From Halpernia sp. (lineage in GTDB: Bacteria > Bacteroidota > Bacteroidia > Flavobacteriales > Weeksellaceae): a DNA stretch of 24,000 nucleotides. The notes under the pieces are model-generated. The model did no database searches. It had not been told where the DNA came from and saw only the letters and a program-made list of their open reading frames with translations. The translations under genes and the position numbers were made by a program. Location of the stretch: positions 368,762 to 392,761 of the forward strand of contig NZ_JBLXIJ010000001.1 of the NCBI RefSeq assembly GCF_048269545.1. Direction: 5' to 3'. How positions within the stretch are numbered: the first letter of the stretch is position 1; each line of letters begins with the position of its first letter. Below are positions 15,341 through 24,000 of this stretch, piece by piece.

Positions 15341-16054
15341 ATGAAAGCATTGATTTTTGCGGCAGGAAAAGGAACGCGTTTAAAACCTTTTACAGACAAA
15401 CATCCAAAAGCTTTATTTAAAGTAAATGGAGTTCCACTTTTGGAAAGAAATATAAAATATTTACAAACCTTTGGTATCGAAGATTTTGTTATTAATGTGC
15501 ATCATTTTGGAAATCAAATTGTAGAATTTCTAGAATTAAATAATAATTTTAATGCAAATATTACCATTTCAAATGAGAAAGATGAACTTTTAGAAACCGG
15601 TGGTGGATTATTATTTGCACAATCATATTTAGAAAACGAAGACGATTTTCTAATTATGAACGCAGATATATTGACAGATTTAGCAATTGACGTCTTAATT
15701 AAGGAACATAAAAAGCAAAGGAATTTTGTTACATTAGCTGTTTCAGACCGTAAAAGTTCTCGCAAACTTTTATTTAATGAAGAACAAATTTTGCGCGGTT
15801 GGTTGAATGTGGATTCTGGCGAACAAAAATTAGCAGAATTTAACAAAGCTTTTAAACCAATGGCTTTTAGTGGAATACACTGTGTAAATGGTTCAATTTT
15901 TAATAAAATAAAACGTCGTGGAAAGTTCTCAATAATGGAGGAATATTTAGATTTAATGAAAACGGACATTATTAAAGGATTTTACCACAACGCAAATTTA
16001 GTAGATGTAGGAAAACCCGAAGCTGTAGAACAAGCAGAAAAACTTTTTGTATGA
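15341..16054 (+). CDS. Sugar-phosphate nucleotidyltransferase, MurU-like
   Basis: 237 aa. N-terminal MKALIFAAGKGTRLKPFTDKHPKAL (the GxGTRL NTP_transferase signature), ETGGGL and NADIL motifs. Size and pairing with an AmgK-like kinase fit MurU, but substrate specificity is unproven. Confidence 0.75.
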   Translation: MKALIFAAGKGTRLKPFTDKHPKALFKVNGVPLLERNIKYLQTFGIEDFVINVHHFGNQIVEFLELNNNFNANITISNEKDELLETGGGLLFAQSYLENEDDFLIMNADILTDLAIDVLIKEHKKQRNFVTLAVSDRKSSRKLLFNEEQILRGWLNVDSGEQKLAEFNKAFKPMAFSGIHCVNGSIFNKIKRRGKFSIMEEYLDLMKTDIIKGFYHNANLVDVGKPEAVEQAEKLFV

Positions 16055-16770
16055 TAGATGATAATAACTTAGAAGATAAAAGATTAAAAGAAAGTTTTCG
16101 GCAAAAAACTTGGGACGAAACCGTTACCAAAGACAGTTGGATGGTTTTTAAAGTCATGGCAGAATTTGTAGATGGCTATGAAAAAATGGCCAAAATAGGA
16201 CCTTGTGTTTCTATTTTCGGATCTGCAAGATTAAAAAACGATGATAAATATTATTTAATGGCAACAGAAATTGCTAAAAAAATAACTGAATTAGGATTTG
16301 GAGTTATTACCGGCGGTGGACCAGGAATAATGGAAGCTGGAAATAAAGGAGCGCATGAAGGTGGAGGAAAATCCATCGGATTAAATATTGAATTGCCATT
16401 TGAACAACATTTTAATCCATATATTGACAAGGGCTATTCTTTAGATTACGACTATTTTTTCGTGAGAAAAGTAATGTTTGTTAAATATTCGCAAGGATTT
16501 ATCGTTCTTCCGGGCGGTTTTGGAACTTTAGATGAATTAATGGAAGCTTTAACTTTAATACAAACAAAAAAAATTGGGCGTTTTCCCATAGTTTTAGTTG
16601 GGTCCAAATTTTGGAGCGGACTTCTAGATTGGTTTAGAGATACGTTACTGGCAAATGGAACAATTGCTGAAGAAAATTTTAATCTTTTCCGTGTTGTAGA
16701 TTCTGCGGATGATGCGGTTGCACACATAAAAGCGTTCTATGAAAAATATGCAGTTAACGTTAATTTTTAA
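16051..16770 (+). CDS. LOG-family (TIGR00730-type) nucleotide 5'-monophosphate nucleosidase-like protein
   Basis: 239 aa. GGGPGIMEA and PGGFGTLDE signature motifs. The ATG overlaps the upstream TGA stop (ATGA at 16051-16054). Confidence 0.85.
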   Translation: MIDDNNLEDKRLKESFRQKTWDETVTKDSWMVFKVMAEFVDGYEKMAKIGPCVSIFGSARLKNDDKYYLMATEIAKKITELGFGVITGGGPGIMEAGNKGAHEGGGKSIGLNIELPFEQHFNPYIDKGYSLDYDYFFVRKVMFVKYSQGFIVLPGGFGTLDELMEALTLIQTKKIGRFPIVLVGSKFWSGLLDWFRDTLLANGTIAEENFNLFRVVDSADDAVAHIKAFYEKYAVNVNF

Positions 16771-16811
16771 TTGGCATATAATTTGAGCCAATATTAATAC
16801 AAATAATTAAA

Positions 16812-17282
16812 ATGAAAAAAATTTTACAAGTATTCGGTGTTTTTGCCGTAGTTCTTTTAATGAGTTTTACAGTTGCAGACTTCTTTTCTTCTATGACGAA
16901 AGTAGATTATGTAGATGGAAGCAAAACATTAAAATTCACGACTAAAATGAATACAGAACACATTTCTAATGCTATAAATATCAATCCAAACACGGTTGGT
17001 TATGAAGCAGAAGTGAAAAAATATGTAAACAATAGATTTACAGTTTCAGTAAATGGCTCTCCAATTAGATTAACTTTTACAGGAAGCCAAGTAAATGGTG
17101 AATCTGTTTGGGTTTATTTTGAATCATCTGGCGTTCCGGCAATAAGTTCTTTAAAAATTACTAACGCCATTTTATTAGAAACTTATCCAAAGCAAATAAA
17201 TATTGTAAATATTGCTTACAAAGGGAATCAAAAAACAATGACTTTCCAAAGAGGAAAAGAAACCAACGAAGTCAAGTTTTAA
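16812..17282 (+). CDS. Small secreted or membrane-anchored protein of unknown function (possibly DUF6702-like)
   Basis: 156 aa with an N-terminal signal/anchor (MKKILQVFGVFAVVLLMSF) and a beta-rich remainder. The family name is recalled from pattern only and is unverified. Confidence 0.5.
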   Translation: MKKILQVFGVFAVVLLMSFTVADFFSSMTKVDYVDGSKTLKFTTKMNTEHISNAININPNTVGYEAEVKKYVNNRFTVSVNGSPIRLTFTGSQVNGESVWVYFESSGVPAISSLKITNAILLETYPKQINIVNIAYKGNQKTMTFQRGKETNEVKF

Positions 17283-17296
17283 AAAAATTTTAATCT

Positions 17297-17323
17297 AAAC
17301 CGCAATTTTGTTGCGGTTTTTTT
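17297..17323 (+). terminator. Rho-independent terminator between convergent genes
   Basis: 9-bp stem aaaccgcaa/ttgcggttt with a 5-nt loop, followed by a T-run. It lies between the plus-strand gene ending at 17282 and the minus-strand GH92 gene ending at 17353, and may act in both directions. Confidence 0.8.
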
Positions 17324-17352
17324 ATGATTAAATTTTTAAATTAAATTTTAAT

Positions 17353-20160
17353 TTATTTAATTTCCACTTCATCTACAAAAATATAAGCGTCTCCATTTGA
17401 GGGAAAACCTTGATGCCATTCTGGTAATTTCCCGAAATTTTTGGCAATTATTTTAATATATCTTGTGTTGGTTTTTACAAAAGAAATCGCTAGTTTTTCT
17501 ATTTGAATATTGTAATCTTGTGGGTTGGTTTTAGAATTAATTTCTCCCATTTTCTTGAAATTTTTGCCATCATCGGAAATGAAAAATTCTGCTTTTGTAG
17601 GCATTAAAATCCACGATCTTGTATCTTGTAGAAAGTCCGCAGAAATAGTAGAAATTTCTTTTGATTTTTTCATATCAATTACAACTTCAAAATCTTGAGA
17701 TTGATAACCTTGCCAATCGCCTTTCTTCCAATTGCTGTCGCCAAAAACTCCATCAATAAGTCCTTGTTTTCCGCCAGAAAAATATTGTAAATCTGGCTTT
17801 GAATTAAATTTAACTTCATAATTATTTGGTTTTTTATAAACTTTTGAAGTTATAATAGTGCTTTTTTCATGATTGTCATTTTCTGTAAAAGCTTTAATTA
17901 TAGAGGATTTATTAATTGTAAATGGTGCGTTGTATTTTTGAAAATCGCCACTATCAATTGAGTAAAATATGGGATAATTTTGAAAGGATTTTATAGAAAT
18001 AACTTCTTCTGTTTCAAAGGTTTTATTTTTAAAAGAAATTAGAGGGACAATCACAATTTCTTTTTCATTTGTTATTATTTTGTCTTCTGAAGAGTCTTGT
18101 GTTTTATCCCAATTATCTATGTCTTTTTTATTTTTAAAGTGTAAAGTTTCACCATTTTCTAAATGGATTTTTTCTTCAATAAAAAAAGGTTCAACGGTTT
18201 CCCAGGTTGTAGAACCGGGCGTTATTTTATACATTCCCAAAGAACTTAAGACAAACCAAGAGCTCATTTGTCCGCAATCTTCATTTCCAATTAATCCATC
18301 TGGAGAATTTTTGTAGAAATTATTTAAAATAAAATGAACTTTTTTTTTGGTTTTTTCAGGTTTTCCGATGTAATTATAAAGATAAGCAACGTGATGACTT
18401 GGCTCATTTCCTTGCGCATATTGTCCGATTAATCCTGTAACATCTACTTGTGTTCTACCTGTTGTTTTAGAAGTTTCGGAAAATAATTGATCCAATTTTT
18501 TCTCAAAAGCATTATTTCCACCATAAAATTTTATCATTTCTGGAATATTTTGTGGAACGAAAAAAGTATATTGCCACGCATTTCCTTCGGTGAAATTGTT
18601 GCTAATTTCTTTTGGGTCAAATGGTTTTAGCCAATCTCCATTTAATTTTGGACGGATAAATTTTTGCTCAAAATCAAATAGATTTTTCCATCCTTGTGAA
18701 CGTTTCATAAAACTTTCATAATCTTCTTTTTTATTTAATATTTTTGCCATTTGTGCAATACACCAATCGTCATAAGCATATTCTAACGTTTTGGAAACAC
18801 TTTCATGTTCGTCATCAATGGTTAAAAATCCATTTTCGCGATAAGTTTTCATACCAAAATCATCAAATAAATTGGCGGAATTTTTTGCTGCTTCAAAAGC
18901 TTTTTCATAATCAAATCCTTTTACGCCATTTTTCATTGCTTCTGCAATTACTGCAACTGAATGATAACCAATCATGCAATACGTTTCATTACTTGCGAGT
19001 TCCCAAATTGGTAATCTTTTTCCTTGTTCATATTCCAAAATGAAAGTATTGATGAAATCTGAAGTTCTTTTTTTATCAATTAATGTCATCAAAGGATGAT
19101 AAGCGCGAAATGTATCCCAAAGTGAAAAAACCGTGTAATAATCCTGATCTGCTTTATGAATTTGATTGTCTCTTCCTCTGTATTTTCCATCGACATCATT
19201 TGCAATATTCGGTTGCGTAAAAGCGTGATAAAGTGCAGTGTAAAAAATGGTTTTTTTGTCCTTATCGGAAGAAGAAACTTCAATTTTAGATAATTCTTTG
19301 TCCCAATATTTTTCTGCATCATTTTTAATTTTATTAAAATCCCAAGATTGTCCTTCAGCTAACATGTTTTTTTCTGCACCTTCATAACCTGTAAGTGAAA
19401 GAGAAACTTTAACTTTAATTTTCTCTCCGGCTTTTACTTGATTAGAAAACGCAAGAGCCAAGACTTTTCCTTCAAAAATTTTGTCGTTAATTGTTGCATT
19501 TTTATTGTCGTTTTTTATTTTTGAAAGTAACATCGGTTTAGAAAATTCAATTCTTGCATAGATATATTGGTTTTGCGCCCAAGCTTTGCTTCTTCTAAAA
19601 ACTTCTATGGTTTTATGATCAATTATTTTTACTTCGCCTTCCAAAAGTTCGTCTCTATGATTTAAATCTAAAATGATATTCGCTTTTCCAGATTTGTTAA
19701 AAGTATATTCGTGGAAACCAACTCTTGTTGTTGTAGTCAATTTTACATTAATATTATTTTTATCTAATAACACTTCATAAAATCCTGCGGAAGCTTTTTC
19801 ATTTTTGTGAGAAAAAGTAGAAGAATATTTTTTATTATCTAAAGAAACTTCGCCCATTGTAGGCATTAGTAAGATATCGCCGTAATCTGAAACACCAGTT
19901 CCGTTGAGATGTGTATGAGAAAAACCGTAAATCACAGAATCTGAATAATGATAACCGCTACAACCGTCCCAACTTCCATCAATTCTAGTATCTGGAGAAA
20001 GCTGAACCATTCCAAAAGGAACAATTGCTCCGGGAAAAGTATGACCATGACCGCCAGTTCCTATAAATGGATTTACAAATTTTGAGAAATTATTTTGAGA
20101 TAATAAAATATTGCTAAAAAGGAATATAGGAATTAAAGTGCTGAGAAATTTCTTTGACAT
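17353..20160 (-). CDS. Glycoside hydrolase family 92 alpha-mannosidase with a C-terminal carbohydrate-binding-like extension
   Basis: 935 aa. Signal peptide. GH92 hallmarks VNPFIGTGGHGHTFPGA, YAQGNEPSHH and GNEDCGQMSSW. About 235 extra C-terminal residues resemble a chitobiase-C-like module plus an F5/8 type C (discoidin) domain. Confidence 0.9.
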   Translation of the reverse strand: MSKKFLSTLIPIFLFSNILLSQNNFSKFVNPFIGTGGHGHTFPGAIVPFGMVQLSPDTRIDGSWDGCSGYHYSDSVIYGFSHTHLNGTGVSDYGDILLMPTMGEVSLDNKKYSSTFSHKNEKASAGFYEVLLDKNNINVKLTTTTRVGFHEYTFNKSGKANIILDLNHRDELLEGEVKIIDHKTIEVFRRSKAWAQNQYIYARIEFSKPMLLSKIKNDNKNATINDKIFEGKVLALAFSNQVKAGEKIKVKVSLSLTGYEGAEKNMLAEGQSWDFNKIKNDAEKYWDKELSKIEVSSSDKDKKTIFYTALYHAFTQPNIANDVDGKYRGRDNQIHKADQDYYTVFSLWDTFRAYHPLMTLIDKKRTSDFINTFILEYEQGKRLPIWELASNETYCMIGYHSVAVIAEAMKNGVKGFDYEKAFEAAKNSANLFDDFGMKTYRENGFLTIDDEHESVSKTLEYAYDDWCIAQMAKILNKKEDYESFMKRSQGWKNLFDFEQKFIRPKLNGDWLKPFDPKEISNNFTEGNAWQYTFFVPQNIPEMIKFYGGNNAFEKKLDQLFSETSKTTGRTQVDVTGLIGQYAQGNEPSHHVAYLYNYIGKPEKTKKKVHFILNNFYKNSPDGLIGNEDCGQMSSWFVLSSLGMYKITPGSTTWETVEPFFIEEKIHLENGETLHFKNKKDIDNWDKTQDSSEDKIITNEKEIVIVPLISFKNKTFETEEVISIKSFQNYPIFYSIDSGDFQKYNAPFTINKSSIIKAFTENDNHEKSTIITSKVYKKPNNYEVKFNSKPDLQYFSGGKQGLIDGVFGDSNWKKGDWQGYQSQDFEVVIDMKKSKEISTISADFLQDTRSWILMPTKAEFFISDDGKNFKKMGEINSKTNPQDYNIQIEKLAISFVKTNTRYIKIIAKNFGKLPEWHQGFPSNGDAYIFVDEVEIK

Positions 20161-20247
20161 ATTAATTTTTTAATTTTATAAATATACGTAATTACTAAAT
20201 TCTTAATAAGTTTATTTGATAACAGTTTGAAGTTTCCAAGTTTTTTT

Positions 20248-20286
20248 AAAATAAAATAAAAAAGCTGTTCCTTTCGAAACAGCTTT
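20248..20286 (-). terminator. Rho-independent terminator of the receptor/lipoprotein operon
   Basis: On the minus strand, a 9-bp stem aaagctgtt/aacagcttt with an 8-nt loop, followed by ttttattttatttt. It separates the lipoprotein gene from the GH92 gene. Confidence 0.8.
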
Positions 20287-20314
20287 TGGATAAAAAATTT
20301 AAATGAATTGTTTT

Positions 20315-21709
20315 TTATTGAACAGAAATATTATCTAACTGAATTGTTGTTGTAACGCCACCTTTTGCTCCTTTGTATTCAAATACAACAAAACCATTTC
20401 CTGTAAGTGATGCAGGGAAATTGTAAGTACCTGCATTATTTAAAGTTCCATAACCAGAGGTTGGAGTTTTTGGAATTGTAAAATTAGAAGTAATATCAGT
20501 AAGAGTTGCAGAACTAATATCGCCTAAAACAGTGTAATCTTTAGTTGTAAATACTTTGAGCGCATCTCCATTATAGTAACCAACATTCACGTCAAATTTC
20601 ACAGAATTTGCCGCTGTAAAATCAACAGGGACAATAAAGTAAGTAGTGAAAGAACCGTTACCTGCATTTGCACTAAGTTGTAAATAATTATTTCCACCAA
20701 AATTTCTTAGTTGCCAATATCTATTTCCTACAAATGGGTCATTAATATATTTTGGAAATACTTCTAATAAATTCACTGAGCCATAACTTTCAAAATCTTC
20801 TAAGAAAGACCCGCTATAACTTACTGCAGTGCCGCCTTTTGGTGGAGTTGCGTCATATCTATTTCCGCTTTCTGGAATATTTACGTCGGATAAACTTCTG
20901 ATAAGATTTTGCCAAGAAGAATTATATCTGCTTACAACAAAAGTTACAGCACCATTTCCTTTTGGTAACATGGTTTTACCACCACTAAAAAACGCAGAGT
21001 TTCTTATAATAGAACTACTTCCTGTGTTGTCTTCTATATTTCTATCTGTATCTACACCTGCGCCTGCTACATAATCTAAATAAGTTTTACCTAAATCTCC
21101 TGAGGCAAATTGTACATTTTTAACAGTAACTAAAGTATTAATATATTTTGGATCTTGTGCAGCAGCTAAATTTGGTAATTCTGTCGGTTTAATTGTAGCA
21201 ATTTCCATTGTTCCACCGTTACAAACTCCCGCAATATATCTTGAAAATAAAGAATTAGGAATTCTTCCAATTGCAAAAGATGGATCTACGGAACCTAATT
21301 TTATTACACCACGATCTGTTCCTAAAACTAAACCATTTGCTTTAATTCTTACATGACTTCCAACAGGGAAATCTGCGTAATTACTTGCGCGATCAACTTC
21401 CATTTGTAATCCTACGGTTGGATTTTCTGGTTTATCTTGGAAAGAAATGGTTTTGTAAAAGTTACCATTTTCATCGGATGAAATTATATAAGCGTCAAAA
21501 ATTACTGGAGCTCCACTTTCAGGAATTTTAATTGTGTTAGTTGGAGGTGCCATTGCCACAAAATTTGCCATTGTAATTGTGGAGGCATCAAATCTATTAT
21601 TACAATTAATTGGCGGCGTTTCCCAGTCATTACTGCGAACGCAAGATGTGATGGTTATAGCTGCAATAGCTAAACTTAACACCGGTTTTAAGTATTTTTT
21701 TATATTCAT
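20315..21709 (-). CDS. Surface lipoprotein, DUF5689 / choice-of-anchor-J-like
   Basis: 464 aa. Lipoprotein signal with lipobox Cys (AITITSC). The N-terminal segment has an OB-fold-like pattern (YIISSDENGNFYKTISFQD...GSHVRIKANGLVLG). Beta-rich C-terminus ends in LDNISVQ. It starts 28 nt downstream of the receptor gene. Family names are recalled and unverified. Confidence 0.6.
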   Translation of the reverse strand: MNIKKYLKPVLSLAIAAITITSCVRSNDWETPPINCNNRFDASTITMANFVAMAPPTNTIKIPESGAPVIFDAYIISSDENGNFYKTISFQDKPENPTVGLQMEVDRASNYADFPVGSHVRIKANGLVLGTDRGVIKLGSVDPSFAIGRIPNSLFSRYIAGVCNGGTMEIATIKPTELPNLAAAQDPKYINTLVTVKNVQFASGDLGKTYLDYVAGAGVDTDRNIEDNTGSSSIIRNSAFFSGGKTMLPKGNGAVTFVVSRYNSSWQNLIRSLSDVNIPESGNRYDATPPKGGTAVSYSGSFLEDFESYGSVNLLEVFPKYINDPFVGNRYWQLRNFGGNNYLQLSANAGNGSFTTYFIVPVDFTAANSVKFDVNVGYYNGDALKVFTTKDYTVLGDISSATLTDITSNFTIPKTPTSGYGTLNNAGTYNFPASLTGNGFVVFEYKGAKGGVTTTIQLDNISVQ

Positions 21710-21737
21710 TACTTTATCTTTTTATAATTAATTTTTT

Positions 21738-24000
21738 TTAAAATCTGAATTGTAAGTTTACAAAATAAGAGCGACCTTGTGTATAGAATAATTTTGGTCC
21801 AAATAATGGATATTCTCTGTCATTATCTTGTACAAATTTTGGGAAACTCACGTTTCTGGTTTGTTCAAATCCGCCGGTAATATATTTTGTATTATTAAAA
21901 ATATTATTAACTGAAGCAGTAATTAAAACATAATATTTTCCTAATCTCCAAGATTTCCCTGCATTTGCATTAAAGAAATAGGCAGAAGGTAATTTATTTG
22001 GTTGTAATCTGTCTCTAAGTGCAGCTTCCGTAATTCCCGGATAAGGTGTACCAGATACGGAATTTTGAATAAATCTTTCTGTTCTTATTATAGCAGAAGG
22101 ATCTAAATAGTTTTCGCCTAAATAACTCCAGTTTGCGCCAATCCAATAATATTTTGGAGAGTTATAGCGAATTCCCAAAGAGTAACCTTCTTGTGGTGTC
22201 CCACCTTGTCTGTAATCTTTTAAATAAGCTTTTCCTAAATCTAAATAAGATTGTCCGTTAGCAAAAGTTCCTGCTGCATCCGAAGCAAAATAGGTTTCTG
22301 GATTATTTCTGTAAGTAAATTGTCCATAACTTGCGGCACCTTGTAAAGAAATTGTAGGTGTGATTTTTATGTCTAAACCTAATTCTGCACCCATATTTCT
22401 TTTTTCTACATTAGACATTACTTGAGTTACAAAAGCACTTTGTACTTGTGTTGCATCACCTTCTGCGTTTTGAGCGTCAAGTTGAATGCCGTCTGCAAAA
22501 AATCTTTGAACGTTTGTTTCGTTTTGTGTATCTATTAAATAACCAGTTAATCTCACTTTTATAAATGGTGAAGAAAGTATGTAGCTTAAATCATTCGCAT
22601 TGGTAATTGTGCTTTTTAGATTTGGCGCAACTGAAGAATTAACTCTTGGATTAATAAAAACATCTTCTAAGTAAGGTGCTTGCGAAAAATAAGCTCCATT
22701 ATAGACAATAAAATTTCTACCGTTTATTTTATAAATAGCTTGTCCTTTAATTCCAAAATTCCAAAAATCATATTTAGGACTTTTTCCAAATCCATCTGGA
22801 TATAAATAATGATTAAAAATTCCTTCTCTTGTAGAAGCAGAATAACCTACTAAACCAGAAATGAAAAGATCAAATTTACCAGTAGAAAAACTTAAGCCTG
22901 GGTTTACTTTAACTTCATCTCTTGTAAAATTATAATCATAGTTTATTTTATCGCCTTTTCTTTTGGTATAATCACTTTCGCCTTGGTTGTATAAACCGCT
23001 TGTTCCAGGATTATTGGTAGCTGCAAATGGATCTTTATTTAAAGCAAAATCTCCACCCAATAAATCAGCAACTTCTCGATAAAGTTCAGAGCGATAATTT
23101 TGGTAAGAAATATTTAATAAGAATTTTGTAGTATCATTAAAATTATGAACGAAATGGGTTCCGACATTAAATATTTTATCATCATTTACATCATTCACTA
23201 CAAAATATAAAGAGCGTCTCCCAGAAGAGCCATAAAGATTATTTACAGGTTGCGAAAGATTTGATTGGTATAATTTAGTCCAATTAATCTGTGTGAAATT
23301 TGGATCGCCATTTTGCCATCCGTTTAAAGCTGTATTATAGGCGTCTTTCAAATTATCAACGTTTGCATTGGGATCTTTTATTAATGCTTGTTTTATTTGA
23401 TCATCGTAGTAACTTGGTAAATATCTATAATATTGAGGAGAAGGATTTGGAACATTTTGCCAATCTAATCTGGAGGCTTTTTCTTTTCCAAATTGGTAAG
23501 AAACATTGGTCCACAAACTATTTTTATTGTTGATTTTCCAATAATGAGATAATTGAAAAAGCGGCTCAAAACTTGTTTTTACACGCTCGCTTCTTTTTTC
23601 ACCATCTTGAAAGCCCCAATAAGAATTATAATGAACACCGCCATAATTATAAACTTCTTGTGTGCTTGGACTTGATGTAGAACGTCTATAAGGAGAACCT
23701 AAAAAATTAAAAACCAAAGTATGTTTATCTGAAATCTTTTTTTCAATACCTAAATAAGTTCCGAAAGCATCATAAAAAGTTCCTTCTTGTATTCCTTCTT
23801 GTGCCCATCTTCTTGCGCCCATTATTGTATAAGCCCATCCTTTTCTATTCATTCCCGAAGAATATCTTAGAGAAGCACGATTTCTATAATTACGATTGGT
23901 GAGAGAATATGTAGCTTGAAATCCTTTGCGATTGTCGCTTGGTTTTGTGTTTTTATAAATAACAGAACTTGCGCTGCCAAAAGCATATTCTGAAGGAGAA
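21738..24000 (-). CDS. TonB-dependent receptor, C-terminal barrel (N-terminus beyond the window)
   Basis: The frame stays open on the minus strand to base 24000, so the M at 23852 is internal. Typical beta-barrel repeat pattern ending in the C-terminal sequence NLQFRF. Confidence 0.85.
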   Translation of the reverse strand, partial: SPSEYAFGSASSVIYKNTKPSDNRKGFQATYSLTNRNYRNRASLRYSSGMNRKGWAYTIMGARRWAQEGIQEGTFYDAFGTYLGIEKKISDKHTLVFNFLGSPYRRSTSSPSTQEVYNYGGVHYNSYWGFQDGEKRSERVKTSFEPLFQLSHYWKINNKNSLWTNVSYQFGKEKASRLDWQNVPNPSPQYYRYLPSYYDDQIKQALIKDPNANVDNLKDAYNTALNGWQNGDPNFTQINWTKLYQSNLSQPVNNLYGSSGRRSLYFVVNDVNDDKIFNVGTHFVHNFNDTTKFLLNISYQNYRSELYREVADLLGGDFALNKDPFAATNNPGTSGLYNQGESDYTKRKGDKINYDYNFTRDEVKVNPGLSFSTGKFDLFISGLVGYSASTREGIFNHYLYPDGFGKSPKYDFWNFGIKGQAIYKINGRNFIVYNGAYFSQAPYLEDVFINPRVNSSVAPNLKSTITNANDLSYILSSPFIKVRLTGYLIDTQNETNVQRFFADGIQLDAQNAEGDATQVQSAFVTQVMSNVEKRNMGAELGLDIKITPTISLQGAASYGQFTYRNNPETYFASDAAGTFANGQSYLDLGKAYLKDYRQGGTPQEGYSLGIRYNSPKYYWIGANWSYLGENYLDPSAIIRTERFIQNSVSGTPYPGITEAALRDRLQPNKLPSAYFFNANAGKSWRLGKYYVLITASVNNIFNNTKYITGGFEQTRNVSFPKFVQDNDREYPLFGPKLFYTQGRSYFVNLQFRF

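Noticed and set aside
15514-15969. 151-aa ORF antisense to the MurU-like gene. The same applies to the other antisense or overlapping ORFs in the track: 189-386, 2701-2940, 4822-5034, 5325-5549, 6463-6651, 6664-7053, 8605-8790, 10062-10277, 10514-10762, 10856-11125, 15972-16157, 16452-16727, 18080-18316, 18744-19043, 19089-19322, 20829-21074, 21534-21731 and 23300-23533.
   Set aside because: Each lies wholly or largely inside a well-supported gene on the opposite strand. Their compositions are low-complexity and rich in Lys, Phe, Ser, Leu and Ile, as expected from reading an AT-rich gene backwards. None shows a recognisable motif.
18340-18348. T9 homopolymer inside the GH92 coding region (Lys codons) as a phase-variation switch
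   Set aside because: A/T runs of 8-9 nt are frequent throughout this AT-rich window in both coding and noncoding sequence, for example in nadB at about 4645-4662. There is no evidence of a frameshifted copy.
1-24000. Search for CRISPR arrays, tRNA/rRNA genes, transposases or integrases, prophage remnants, toxin-antitoxin pairs, or known defence-system signatures
   Set aside because: No regularly spaced direct repeats, no cloverleaf-capable conserved tRNA motifs in the spacers, and no ORF with recombinase, nuclease-helicase or defence-type motifs were seen. Composition looks uniform across the window, so there is no sign of a horizontally acquired island.

Overview
The window reads as an AT-rich chromosomal segment from a Bacteroidota bacterium, most likely class Flavobacteriia. 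Three things support this. Start codons lack Shine-Dalgarno sequences. TAnnTTTG -7 promoter boxes occur upstream of several genes. The gene content is typical of the phylum: XrtF exosortase, several TonB-dependent receptors, GH92, and a DUF5689-type lipoprotein.

Gene order:
- Plus strand: a 5'-truncated MFS transporter, dnaB, rnhA, a nitroreductase-family gene, nadB, a two-domain rhodanese sulfurtransferase, nadC, a TonB-dependent receptor, a small 4-TM protein, asd, and a CDF metal transporter.
- Minus strand: the xrtF gene and its partner gene.
- Plus strand, diverging from xrtF: a tight four-gene cluster of an AmgK-like kinase, a RapZ C-terminal-domain-only protein, a MurU-like nucleotidyltransferase and a LOG-family protein, then a small secreted protein.
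- Minus strand: GH92 mannosidase, then a lipoprotein and TonB-dependent receptor pair that runs off the 3' edge.

I see no tRNA or rRNA genes, CRISPR arrays, transposases, integrases, or recognisable defence or toxin-antitoxin modules. Most of the window is ordinary housekeeping.

The most interesting under-described candidate is the kinase / RapZ-CTD-only / nucleotidyltransferase / LOG operon. Next are the XrtF pair and the receptor plus DUF5689-like lipoprotein pair.

All family assignments come from motif recognition by eye, with no database search. The long antisense ORFs in the track are treated as spurious.
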